Assembly: GCA_963789835.1 (NCBI GenBank) | Contig: CAWBMF010000003.1 | Coordinates: 441,068-505,067, forward strand | Source of the DNA: an uncultured delta proteobacterium | GTDB taxonomy: Bacteria; Desulfobacterota; Binatia; Binatales; Binataceae | Length of the DNA stretch: 64,000 bases | Direction: 5' to 3' | Shown: piece after piece, positions 1 through 9,195 of the stretch | Layout of the letters: each line of letters starts with the position of its first letter | Numbering within the stretch: position 1 is the stretch's first letter | Position numbers and translations under genes: made by a program | The notes under the pieces: generated by a model | The model's input: only the letters and a program-made list of their open reading frames with translations | Databases searched by the model: none | Told to the model about the DNA's origin: nothing

Positions 1-416
1 GCGACCGCAGACATGAGCGTCTGTTGTTCGGCAGGATCGAGCTTGGCGATAGCGGCTAGCAGCCATTTTTGCTTCGCGGCGCTACGCTTCCGCCTCGCCT
101 CGACGCCCTCGGCAGTCAGTGCGAACAGGACCTGCCGACCGTCCGTCGGATGAGGGTGACGCTTGACCAGGCCCTCGCGCTCCAGCTCAGCAAGCGTGGC
201 GCCCATGGACTGCGGCTTCACCGACTCTGCCCGCGCGAGGTCCGCCGTCGTCATCGGACCCGCCTTCTTCAGCCGTGACAGCGCCACGGTCTGTGACCAG
301 GTCAGCCCGTCTGGATTCGATTCCGTGCGCAAGCGCCGCAAAACCTGACCAATCGCTAGCGAAAGCTCGGTGACGGCCGTTTCCAGGGATATGGACGTGC
401 CGGAAGGAGCGCTCAT
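1..416 (-). CDS. MarR-family transcriptional regulator (3' end runs off window start)
   Basis: Minus-strand ATG (plus 'cat' at 414-416) opens a frame reading MSAPSGTSISLETAVTELSLAIGQVLRRLRTESNPDGLTWSQTVALSRLKKAGPMTTADLARAESVKPQSMGATLAELEREGLVKRHPHPTDGRQVLFALT... This is a winged-HTH MarR-like pattern. The frame is open to position 1, so it is not in the ORF track. Confidence 0.55.
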   Translation of the reverse strand, partial: MSAPSGTSISLETAVTELSLAIGQVLRRLRTESNPDGLTWSQTVALSRLKKAGPMTTADLARAESVKPQSMGATLAELEREGLVKRHPHPTDGRQVLFALTAEGVEARRKRSAAKQKWLLAAIAKLDPAEQQTLMSAV

Positions 417-1187
417 GAGCGAAGCATAGATATAAACAGGAAACCTTGCAAGTCATCCTGATGATATCTCAACGCGCCCTTCAGCCACGACGGTTAGGAT
501 CGCTTCGGCCTATGTGCTTCGCATCGAGAACACTGCTTGCGCCGCCACGCGCCCGATGGTTGATCGCATGCCAGCGAAAACGGAAGCAGCGATTCGTAAT
601 GTGTATTGGTTGCGGGGGCCCGAAAAACGCAAACAGTCCACCTTTATCTCGTGACGATTTTTGTCTGAAAGTCGTTGAAAAATAGAAATATTCGACGCTA
701 AAACGGCTATCGGAAACTGGTTTCTGTGAAGACCAAAAATGACCGCGAGCCTGGCCGTCAATGAGATCCAAATTCGTCCCCACACGCCCCGCGATGACCT
801 AACGCGGACGCAGGCTTGAACCGCCGAGACGTTCATCTGAACCGCGAGGTTTAGCGATTGACGCGGGCGGCGACAATTCCTGGTTTGCCGCTAAAATTAG
901 ATTGATGCCCAGGAAGACAATCCGCCAGCAATTTACTCATCGCGGTTTCGAAATAGCGATGCGCAAAGGGCGCAGGCTGAAGCCTTAGCCAAGGAAGGCT
1001 GGTGCGACGACAAATCAACAGCTAGGTGGCGGAGATCATCGCGCGTCATATCTGCATGCAAGCGACCGATTCCATCACGTTAAGAATAGATGCGGGCGTT
1101 CCTGTTAGATTCGCTTGACACATCTGGGTGTCAGGCGGCAGGCTCGATAAACGAAATCGAATCCCGGCGCCCAGCCGGCAAGATCAA

Positions 1188-1523
1188 ATGATATCCCGGG
1201 TTCATAGGAGCGGCACGACAGCCACGCGCGCGATCGCGATTTTCGGCGCGGCGCTGTTGCTCGTCTCGCAGACGATCGGTGCTGCACATTTTCATGATGG
1301 CGTGGCTTCGCACGATGGGGTTGCGTTTGCGCAGCTCACGGTCGATGAGGCGCTCTGCCCGCTCTGTCAGTTCGCTTTGCATTCGCCGGGCTCGATCTCA
1401 TCGCCGGCAACGGTCGCGCGCGGACCGGTAATTTTCCAAACGTTGTTGCTCCCCGCATCGTTCCGGCCCCGATCACCTGTCTTCTCGGCCGCGCGCATGC
1501 GCGCTCCCCCCGGATCGCTCTAA
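1188..1523 (+). CDS. hypothetical small secreted protein with HxH and CPLC motifs (possible metal binding)
   Basis: Internal Met of ORF 1128..1523 gives MISRVHRSGTTATRAIAIFGAALLLVSQTIGAAHFHDGVASHDGVAFAQLTVDEALCPLCQF...: a signal-peptide-like N-terminus followed by His/Cys motifs. Weak call. Confidence 0.25.
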   Translation: MISRVHRSGTTATRAIAIFGAALLLVSQTIGAAHFHDGVASHDGVAFAQLTVDEALCPLCQFALHSPGSISSPATVARGPVIFQTLLLPASFRPRSPVFSAARMRAPPGSL

Positions 1524-2076
1524 GCCGTCTTTTCTACAAATTCGATTCTTTACGTGCGCGTAACTAATGTCGCGTGCCGCCACTCGCGTCTGGAAAGCGC
1601 GGAGGCGGAAAACCGAACTGATGGGAGCCTTGAGATGCAGAGGAATTCATTGGTGCGGATCTCAACTGCGACGATCCTGATTCAACTGGGTTTTCCCATG
1701 CCAACAACGAGCGCCCTTCGCCGCTACCAGCAGCAGTGACGCTTCTTAAAGGTGATGTTTCGTCACGATCGGCGTCTCTAACCGTGTCTCAGGATCGACA
1801 AATGGCTTGGGTAACCCTTATGACGGTCATCATCGGCTCGACGGTCTTGGCGGTCGCGGTGGCCGCCATCTTATTCTACTCGTGTGCGGGCGAAAAATTT
1901 CTAAGGCAAATATCTGTGGCTGATGGTGCAGCCGTTCACTGCGAATGCGATCCCAATCCACAGCCTGGCTGTTCACCTTGAGGGGATTTATCCCGCCAAA
2001 AATAACCAGGATGAATTTCAAAACGCAGACTTACGTGAACTAGTCCAACTACCAAGCGATAATTCGTGCCAACTTA

Positions 2077-2934
2077 ATGCTTTCGCACTTTCAAGCGGTT
2101 GTACTGGGAACGCTCCAGGGACTCTCGGAACTATTCCCCATTTCGAGCTTGGGTCACAGTGTGATTCTGCCGGGTCTTCTGGGCTGGCCGATTGATCAGA
2201 ATGCGGATTACTTTCTCACGTTTGTTGTGGCAACTCACTTCGCAACGGCAGTGACACTGTTCGTCGCGTATCGGGATGATTGGGCTCGCATCATATCCGG
2301 ATTGCTGAAGTGCATTTGGGCACAGGAGTTCAGGCCCATGAATCCTGATGCTAAATTAGGATTGCTATTGATCATAGGCACTGTCCCCGCCGGTGCCGCG
2401 GGATTCATTTTCCAAAGACAGGTCCAGAAGCTCTTCATCTCGGCGACACTTGCCGCGATTTTTCTGACGATGAATGGCGGGTTGCTCTATCTGGCTGAGC
2501 GCTTGAGGAGAAACGCCAAGAAGAGCAATGACCTCGATGGCGTAGATCAGAGGATCGTCGCTCAGCTGTCGTGGTGGCAGTCTGCGAAGGTCGGAGTCGC
2601 GCAGATTCTCGCCCTGTTACCGGGATTTTCCAGAACCGGATCGACGATCGCGGGTGGTCTGTTGGTCGGACTATCTCACGAGGAGGCGCTCAGGTTCTCG
2701 TTTCTTTTAGCCACGCCGATAATTGGAGCGGCGGCGCTGCTGAAGCTGCCCGAGCTCTTCCGTCCAGGCAGTCGCGCCGCGCTAGATAATGCTTTGCTCG
2801 GTGCAATCTGTGCCGGCGTGACAGCCTGGGTTTCGATCAAGATCCTCACCAGATATTTCCAGACCAAGACCCTAACTCCTTTCGCGATCTATTGTGCCGC
2901 TGTTGGGTTGCTGAGTTTGATCGCGCTTCGTTAG
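2077..2934 (+). CDS. uppP: undecaprenyl-diphosphatase (UppP/BacA)
   Basis: Carries FPISSLGH and PGFSRTGSTI motifs, an 8-TM-like hydrophobic profile and a typical ~285 aa length. Confidence 0.85.
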   Translation: MLSHFQAVVLGTLQGLSELFPISSLGHSVILPGLLGWPIDQNADYFLTFVVATHFATAVTLFVAYRDDWARIISGLLKCIWAQEFRPMNPDAKLGLLLIIGTVPAGAAGFIFQRQVQKLFISATLAAIFLTMNGGLLYLAERLRRNAKKSNDLDGVDQRIVAQLSWWQSAKVGVAQILALLPGFSRTGSTIAGGLLVGLSHEEALRFSFLLATPIIGAAALLKLPELFRPGSRAALDNALLGAICAGVTAWVSIKILTRYFQTKTLTPFAIYCAAVGLLSLIALR

Positions 2935-3016
2935 GTCTCGCACACTGCGCGGCTCGCGTTTGAACCACAACCTCAAACTATCCATGAAAAGACGAAACTT
3001 CTTGAAGTAGTTAACG

Positions 3017-4771
3017 ATGAATACAGATCTAGTGACAGACAAAACCGACGAGCGCAGTCCCACCTCAGATAGGTTCGATCGCGTTTTCTGGAAACGCTTT
3101 TGGCGATTGATCCGCCCGTATTGGACATCGGAAAGACGGCGGTCGGCCTTCGTGCTGGTTTCGGCAATGACGGTGCTGAATCTCGGCACGGTCGGGATGC
3201 AAGCGGTTTTCAGCTACGTGTCGCGCGACGTGATGAACGCGCTGCAAGCGAAAGACGCCGCACGGTTTCATCATCTCCTGGTGCTATTCGCGCTTTGGAT
3301 CGTGGTGTTCGTGCCCATCGCTGCCTTTTATCCATACTTAAGCGGGCTCCTCAGCATCGACTGGCGCGACTGGATGACAGAAAAATTTGTCAAAGGCATG
3401 CTGCAGGGCAACGCGCTTTACTACATCATGCGCGATCGTACGGTCGACAATCCCGACCAGCGGATCAGCGAAGACGTCAATAGCTTCACGAGCGGTGCGC
3501 TTACCTACTCGATGACCGTGCTGCAGGCGATCGTAACTGCAATCGCGTTTTTTGGAATCTTGTGGGAGATCTCGCGTTGGCTCGCCGTAAGCTTGATCGG
3601 CTATTCGCTGGTCGGCAGCTGGCTGGCCATCGTCATCGGACGCCGTCTGATAGTTATCAACTTCAATCAGCAACGGTTCGAAGCGGACTATCGGTTCGGA
3701 TTGGTCCACGCGCGCGACAATGCCGAAGCGATCGCGCTCTACGACGGCGCGCGCGATGAAGCTCATCAGCTAGGGCGGCGCTTTGCGAGGGTGGTCAACA
3801 ATTACAAGCTGCTCATTTTGTGGCAGCGTCATCTGACGCTCTTTACAGCCGCCTACGACAACGCGGCCAACCTCGTCCCATATTTCGTTTTGGCCGGCGC
3901 CTACTTTTCCGGACGTTTTGCGCTGGGCGAATTTACCCAAGCGGCGTATGCGTTTTCGATTCTGCAGAGTTCGATGGCGCTGGTTGTCGATCAATTCCAG
4001 GCACTTACCGACTACGCATCGGTGGTTAATCGTCTGTCGGTTTTCGAGGAGTCCTGTGAAAAGGCAGCCAGCAAGCAAAGCGATGGCGAGCAGCAAATCG
4101 AGGTAGCGGAAGATGACTCACAGATTGCGCTTAAGAACATCACCCTGGCGACGCCGGATCGCGCGCGCGTTTTGCAGCAGGATGTTTCACTTGCGGTCGC
4201 CCGTAGAGACTCTCTGCTGATCACCGGTCCGACCGGTGCGGGCAAGACCTCGCTCATGAGGGCTGTCGCGGGCCTATGGAGAGCCGGTAGCGGGGGAATC
4301 TTGCGGCCGTCGCCGAATCATATCCTGTTCATGCCACAAAAGCCTTATTTGATCCTGGGTTCGATTCGCCAACAGATTCAATATCCAAGGGCCGACGCGG
4401 TCAGCGACGAAACTCTCATGGAAGTGCTGCGCGAAGTCGACCTTGCCTATCTCCCCGGCCGGTTCGGCGGTCTCGACGCCGAGCTCAACTGGGCCGACTT
4501 GCTGTCGGGGGGCGAGCAGCAGCGTCTGGCCTTCGCGCGGCTCCTGCTCAGTCGACCGCGCTTTGCAATTCTCGACGAGGCAACCAGCGCTCTCGATATT
4601 GCTTCTGAAGAGCGCTTGTACTCGCGGCTTGCGAGCCTGCCCATCGCCTTTATCAGCATCGGGCACCGGCCAAGCCTGCGCAAATTCCATAACCGGGTGA
4701 TCGAGCTGTCCCTTGGCTCCGAGTCGCCGATCGAGATCGTCGGATGCGCCACTAACGAGTCCTCATCCTGA
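3017..4771 (+). CDS. fused ABC transporter permease/ATP-binding protein (ABCD / SbmA-BacA-like, ABC_membrane_2 type)
   Basis: N-terminal TM domain contains the NPDQRISEDV motif. C-terminal NBD has Walker A (GPTGAGKTS), the ABC signature LSGGEQQRLAFARLL and Walker B (ILDEATSALD). Confidence 0.8.
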   Translation: MNTDLVTDKTDERSPTSDRFDRVFWKRFWRLIRPYWTSERRRSAFVLVSAMTVLNLGTVGMQAVFSYVSRDVMNALQAKDAARFHHLLVLFALWIVVFVPIAAFYPYLSGLLSIDWRDWMTEKFVKGMLQGNALYYIMRDRTVDNPDQRISEDVNSFTSGALTYSMTVLQAIVTAIAFFGILWEISRWLAVSLIGYSLVGSWLAIVIGRRLIVINFNQQRFEADYRFGLVHARDNAEAIALYDGARDEAHQLGRRFARVVNNYKLLILWQRHLTLFTAAYDNAANLVPYFVLAGAYFSGRFALGEFTQAAYAFSILQSSMALVVDQFQALTDYASVVNRLSVFEESCEKAASKQSDGEQQIEVAEDDSQIALKNITLATPDRARVLQQDVSLAVARRDSLLITGPTGAGKTSLMRAVAGLWRAGSGGILRPSPNHILFMPQKPYLILGSIRQQIQYPRADAVSDETLMEVLREVDLAYLPGRFGGLDAELNWADLLSGGEQQRLAFARLLLSRPRFAILDEATSALDIASEERLYSRLASLPIAFISIGHRPSLRKFHNRVIELSLGSESPIEIVGCATNESSS

Positions 4772-4844
4772 TGCAATCGGGAAAAGAATCCTGGTGAGAG
4801 AGAACCATGCTTCCGGCTTGATCGCGCCCTCCTCGCCTCCAGAG

Positions 4845-5444
4845 TCAGCTGGGCGGTTGCTTATCCGGTGCCGCATCTCCGTCAAGCAAGCGCTGCAAAT
4901 GGCTGGAGGGAGATTCGTGCGCGGCGTGGCCGTCGTGCCCGGTATTCAAAGCGCAGGCCGGCGTGACGTGAGTCTGCGGCGGCTTGAACTCTGTGGGCAA
5001 CAAACGCTCGCGGGCTGCCCACTGATCGAAATTGCCGGGAGCGCTCGCCAGCAGGCGAAATCGCATACAGACAGTGTTGCAGCCACAACCGGAATCGCAA
5101 TTTCCGTGGAGCTCGCCGGGTGACTTGACGATCAGATCAAGTGGCCGCGTCTTACCGGGAAAGATGTCCACCGCGTCTTTCATTCCAGAAATCCAAAAGC
5201 TGTGGATCACGTCGGCGGAGGCGAGTTCAAGCCGCACATTCGTAGCAGTGGGAAGGTACAGTACATCGCTGGTCTTGATGCCGAGCGACGGGTAATCGAA
5301 TTCCCACCACCACTGATGCGCGACCGCCTTGACCGTGAGCGCAGGCCGGCTGTCGCCATCGACGATTCGAGCGACAGAGATCACTCCGGCGCAGATGCAC
5401 GCCAGACCGACGAGGGCTGCCACGAATGGCAAGGACGATTTCAT
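4845..5444 (-). CDS. cytochrome c oxidase subunit II-like cupredoxin domain protein (single N-terminal TM/signal, divergent CuA motif)
   Basis: HQWWWEFDYP and DVIHSFWIS match the COX2 cupredoxin core. Metal-site region reads HGNCDSGCGCNTVCM, where canonical COX2 reads CxExCGxxHxxM. Start overlaps the upstream SCO gene stop (ATGA). Confidence 0.6.
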   Translation of the reverse strand: MKSSLPFVAALVGLACICAGVISVARIVDGDSRPALTVKAVAHQWWWEFDYPSLGIKTSDVLYLPTATNVRLELASADVIHSFWISGMKDAVDIFPGKTRPLDLIVKSPGELHGNCDSGCGCNTVCMRFRLLASAPGNFDQWAARERLLPTEFKPPQTHVTPACALNTGHDGHAAHESPSSHLQRLLDGDAAPDKQPPS

Positions 5445-6172
5445 GCGCGCGCCGCCTGAAAGATAAGCGCTATGATGGCGCCGTCGGCGGCCGCAACCGG
5501 CTCGTGATCTACAGCCTTCTCGACGTCGCTCGCGACGCGGTCCGGCTCGGCCTTCTCGCCCATGTACTGCAGCAATGCTTTGCCGTTCGCATCGACCAGG
5601 AAGAACTCGAGAACATGATCGACGGTGCCGTCCGCTTCGTGCTTTCGAATCAGATCGAAATGCGCCATCACATCGTCGATCTGTTTTGGCGTTCCCGTAA
5701 GAAACAGCCAGCCATTAACGTCGGCGCCTTGTGCCTTCGCGTATGCGTTCAGCTGTGTAGGTTGATCGTGTTCGGGATCAACCGTGATCGACACGATGCG
5801 CGCTTCCGTTCCAAGCTTGGGCCCGAGTCGATTGGCAATCTGCTTCATCCGGCTCGTGAGGACGAGGCACGGTCCCGGACAGGTGGTGTAGATGAAATCG
5901 AACAGCACGGGTTTGCCCTTCAGCGAGGCCAGGGAAACGTTGTGGCCGTTCTGATCGACCAGCGTGATATCGGGCAAGCAGTCGGAGGCGTCGCGCACCT
6001 CGAATCCTCCACGCTCGCCGATGTCTGGTGCCTCTTGAGCCTGCTGGCGGCAACCAGTCAGCGTCACCGCGCCAACGAGCGTGATCAGCAGCGTCAGAAA
6101 TAAGCTTTTCCTGATTGACGAAACGGTTCGAGTAGAATTCATGGTACTTCTTTTTTTAATTCTCGCCGGCAT
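5441..6172 (-). CDS. SCO1/SenC-family copper chaperone/thiol-disulfide protein (lipoprotein)
   Basis: Thioredoxin-like fold with FIYTTCPGPC (CxxxC) and a downstream His. N-terminal lipobox LTGC. Alternative start MNSTR at ~6142 would remove the overlap with the upstream gene. Confidence 0.75.
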   Translation of the reverse strand: MPARIKKRSTMNSTRTVSSIRKSLFLTLLITLVGAVTLTGCRQQAQEAPDIGERGGFEVRDASDCLPDITLVDQNGHNVSLASLKGKPVLFDFIYTTCPGPCLVLTSRMKQIANRLGPKLGTEARIVSITVDPEHDQPTQLNAYAKAQGADVNGWLFLTGTPKQIDDVMAHFDLIRKHEADGTVDHVLEFFLVDANGKALLQYMGEKAEPDRVASDVEKAVDHEPVAAADGAIIALIFQAARA

Positions 6173-6620
6173 AATTTCTTCGGAGCGCCTCGCGTATCTG
6201 TTCGACCGGCGAGCCCTGCTCCGACAGTTGCTCCGCCATCAACGCCTCTCCGACGCAGATTTCGCACACCGAGGCGTGGGTGCCTCGATAACAATCGAGC
6301 AGATTCTGATGGCCGTAGGTCTTGTCGCATCCGCAATAGCAATGGAGTTGAGCGAGCAGCGCGGGATTCTTCTCCGCGACCTGGTACGCCTGCTTTACCG
6401 GACCGACGTACTGGTTAGGATCGAGCGTCAAGCGCCCCTGCGATCCGCTAGTGGCAACCGTTCCTGCAGTCGCCCGGCCCGCGCAGCAGCAATGGCCCCC
6501 AATGCACATCGCGCCGCGCGCACCGCCATTGTCCGCGATTGAGGCGCCGAACGCTGACCAGAGAAATGCCACTACCAGAACGGCCGCGGCCGAGGAGCCT
6601 AAAATAATTGCTCGCTTCAT
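6156..6620 (-). CDS. PCYCGC-motif protein (PF13798-like) with Cys-rich N-terminal segment
   Basis: HCYCGCDKTYGHQNLLDCY... motif. Signal/TM segment followed by CIGGHCCCAGR. Confidence 0.6.
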   Translation of the reverse strand: MKRAIILGSSAAAVLVVAFLWSAFGASIADNGGARGAMCIGGHCCCAGRATAGTVATSGSQGRLTLDPNQYVGPVKQAYQVAEKNPALLAQLHCYCGCDKTYGHQNLLDCYRGTHASVCEICVGEALMAEQLSEQGSPVEQIREALRRNYAGEN

Positions 6621-6630
6621 TCCGGCACTC

Positions 6631-7275
6631 TCAACTATGGCTCAGAGTTTTCTTAACGTCGTCGACGATGTCCTGCGCCTTGACGATCTGACCGTTGTAT
6701 TCTCGCACCAGCCGCCCATCCGGTCCAATCAGCATCATATTGACCAGGTGGCCGACCGAACCGTCCGGCTCGATTTCCCGGCTCAGCTTGAATCCGGCCA
6801 GCGCCTGATCGATGTCGCCGGGACCTCCGGTCAGGAAATACCATCCCTTCTCATCCGCCCCTTGCTGACGGGAGTAGTCGAGCAATTGCTTGGGCCCGTC
6901 ATGCTCGGGATCGACGGTGATCGAAACGAGCGTCACCTTCGATCCGAGATCGCTGCCGAGCCGCAGCGCGACGTTCGCAAATTTTGCCGTTTCCATCAGG
7001 CACGGTCCCGGGCATGACGTGTAGATGAAATCCACCACCAGTGGTTTGCCCTTGAGTGATGAGAGCTCAACCGTATTGCCATTCTGATCGACCAGCTTGG
7101 TGTCGGTGAGGACACTAGCGGGGCCATTCACGGTTGAGCCGCTGTGGCATCCAGCCGCTGTAAATAAGCTCGAAGCTACGGCCAGCACGATGCCGAGAGA
7201 TCTAAGATTGAAACTAATATTACTCATATCTGTCTCCGTCAAAAGCTGTAACTCAAGATCGTTTTGATCGCGCAA
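6631..7275 (-). CDS. SCO1/SenC-family protein (second copy)
   Basis: FIYTSCPGPC CxxxC motif. Paralogous to 5441..6172 (VDQNGxxVxLxSLKGKPxxxDFIYTxCPGPC). Confidence 0.75.
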   Translation of the reverse strand: MRDQNDLELQLLTETDMSNISFNLRSLGIVLAVASSLFTAAGCHSGSTVNGPASVLTDTKLVDQNGNTVELSSLKGKPLVVDFIYTSCPGPCLMETAKFANVALRLGSDLGSKVTLVSITVDPEHDGPKQLLDYSRQQGADEKGWYFLTGGPGDIDQALAGFKLSREIEPDGSVGHLVNMMLIGPDGRLVREYNGQIVKAQDIVDDVKKTLSHS

Positions 7276-7297
7276 GGCGCCACCAATACTCGCGGCT

Positions 7298-7672
7298 TCA
7301 TGGCGTCAGCGACCACGTCAGGACCGGGAGGGGGACCTTCCGATCGAGTGCTTCGGCGTTCTCATACATGGTGCGATCGTCCTCAGCGAGGGTCTCTCTT
7401 GCTTGATTCGAGTTGGCCACGCATTGAGACACATCGCGCTTGAAATACAGTGACTGGATTTCCAGCGGAGAGAGCGCGCCGAGAGGCATCACGACGTTGC
7501 TGGTTACAGCGTCGTCGCTCATCGCCGCTTCTTCGATGCACTTATCCTCGTTTTGATCGAGGCGCTGCTCAGCCTGTTCGAGGTTACTCTTTGCCGCGAC
7601 CGAGTTGTCCGGAGTTTGCGTTGCACAGCCGACGAGAAGAATCGCGATAATGGCGAAGACTCTCATCTTCAA
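7298..7672 (-). CDS. hypothetical lipoprotein
   Basis: Signal peptide plus lipobox (LLVGC). Acidic, coiled protein. Translationally coupled with the upstream TlpA gene (overlap at 7669-7672). Confidence 0.45.
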   Translation of the reverse strand: MKMRVFAIIAILLVGCATQTPDNSVAAKSNLEQAEQRLDQNEDKCIEEAAMSDDAVTSNVVMPLGALSPLEIQSLYFKRDVSQCVANSNQARETLAEDDRTMYENAEALDRKVPLPVLTWSLTP

Positions 7673-8103
7673 TGTCCCTGGCCCGCGTCGTGGGACGCCG
7701 CTCGTTCAGACAATAACGGCAGGACGGCCTTGCTCAGGCTTTGCTCAGTCAGAGGAGTTTCGTCGGGGGTCAGCTTAGCGCGAACAATACCCTGCTCGTC
7801 GACGATGTAAGTGATGGGGAGTTCGGTAGGATCGTTGAAGCCGTTGGATTCGCAATCGCGCAACATCGCTGCCGGGTAAGCGAAGGACTCCATCGTCTTG
7901 GCAACATCCGACCGTTCGTGCAGCCGATTAGCCGCCAGACCGATCATCTCGAGTCCCTTGTCGTGATAGCGTCGATAGAACGCGTCGAGCGTCGGCATTT
8001 CCGCCTGGCACGGAGGGCACCAAGTGGCCCAGAAGTTGACTACGACCACCTTTCCGCGTTGTGCGGCGAGATCAAAGGATTGGCCGTTCAACTCCTGGAC
8101 CAC
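7669..8103 (-). CDS. TlpA/ResA-like thiol-disulfide oxidoreductase (thioredoxin fold); N-terminus probably extends upstream
   Basis: VVNFWATWCPPCQAEMP motif. ORF track starts at a GTG (8101-8103). The same frame stays open up to ~8217 and encodes a signal-like NALAALVLLTISFAATSAC, but has no canonical start codon. Confidence 0.65.
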   Translation of the reverse strand: MVQELNGQSFDLAAQRGKVVVVNFWATWCPPCQAEMPTLDAFYRRYHDKGLEMIGLAANRLHERSDVAKTMESFAYPAAMLRDCESNGFNDPTELPITYIVDEQGIVRAKLTPDETPLTEQSLSKAVLPLLSERAASHDAGQGH

Positions 8104-8223
8104 AAGTGCCGGCGCCGCCTGGCCGATTTCTGCTCCGCCGAAAGCCTCGCACGCACTCGTAGCCGCAAACGAGATTGTCAGAAGAACGAGCGCCGCGAGT
8201 GCATTGCCGCATCTCGATCACCT

Positions 8224-9195
8224 TCAGAAGCTATAGCTGACGATCGTTTTGATCGCGTAAGGCGCCGACAACTGGTAGCCGTTCATGTTGCGAAATATCG
8301 GCAGCTCGACATCTGAGTACCACCTAATCGACTTGTACGCCGTCTCAAGACCAGGAGCGACTTGTATTCTGAAGTAACCACTATCGTGGGGATCTGAATT
8401 TGTCCCGCGGTCGTGGTTCCGGTCGCTGACCAGAAACGTCAGGAACGGCGCAAATTCCGTGAGATAACTGACCTTACCGAAATCGTAGTACGTCCCATAG
8501 CCTCCGTCGAACTCGTGGCCGGGCTTGTAATGGTCCTGATACGCGAACGGCTGATCCCACATGCCTTGCGCATAGTAGCCAAAGGGGCGATCTTCCAATT
8601 TCAGTATCGGAAGAGTGCCCATGTGGTAAGCGCCTATCAGCAGGTCGGTGCTGCCCGTTCCGATCTGAGTGTCACGATCCCACGGCGGGTAGTGCCAGTT
8701 GCCCGACGGAACCTTGAAACCGGCCAAGACACCGGTCGACATATCCTCCTGCAAGCCCGTCCACATGCCCAATATGCGGATGTCGCCTATCGAGTTCGAG
8801 TCGTACGACTTCACGTCATCGTTGTCGCCATTGTAGGCGCCTCGATAATTCCTCTCCCAGTAGGGCACTTCCAGCATCACGCCCCAGCTCCGATTGAACA
8901 TGTATTGCCCGCCGACGGTAACAAAGTTGGTCGCCAACTTCTTGTCGTTGTTGTACTGCCCCGAGGCTGGCCCCGTTGCGTGCCAGTTTATGTACTGGTT
9001 CATGAAGTCGTACTCGATCCACGCCATCGCACCAGCGCCCATAGGAAGCAGTGAGGGCGTCGCGACTTCGAACACCCCACATCCGCATGCGCACGCCCGA
9101 ACCATGCCAGGCGTTAGCCCCACAAATAGAACGGCGGCGACCAACAAGCGTCGAGCCGCGTTGGACAAAAGCACAAACTCAGAAATCCGTCTCAT
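8224..9195 (-). CDS. putative outer-membrane beta-barrel protein
   Basis: Signal peptide, Gly/Tyr/aromatic-rich alternating sequence and C-terminal ...IVSYSF (terminal Phe). Unusual N-terminal MRACACGCGVFE Cys cluster. Confidence 0.5.
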   Translation of the reverse strand: MRRISEFVLLSNAARRLLVAAVLFVGLTPGMVRACACGCGVFEVATPSLLPMGAGAMAWIEYDFMNQYINWHATGPASGQYNNDKKLATNFVTVGGQYMFNRSWGVMLEVPYWERNYRGAYNGDNDDVKSYDSNSIGDIRILGMWTGLQEDMSTGVLAGFKVPSGNWHYPPWDRDTQIGTGSTDLLIGAYHMGTLPILKLEDRPFGYYAQGMWDQPFAYQDHYKPGHEFDGGYGTYYDFGKVSYLTEFAPFLTFLVSDRNHDRGTNSDPHDSGYFRIQVAPGLETAYKSIRWYSDVELPIFRNMNGYQLSAPYAIKTIVSYSF

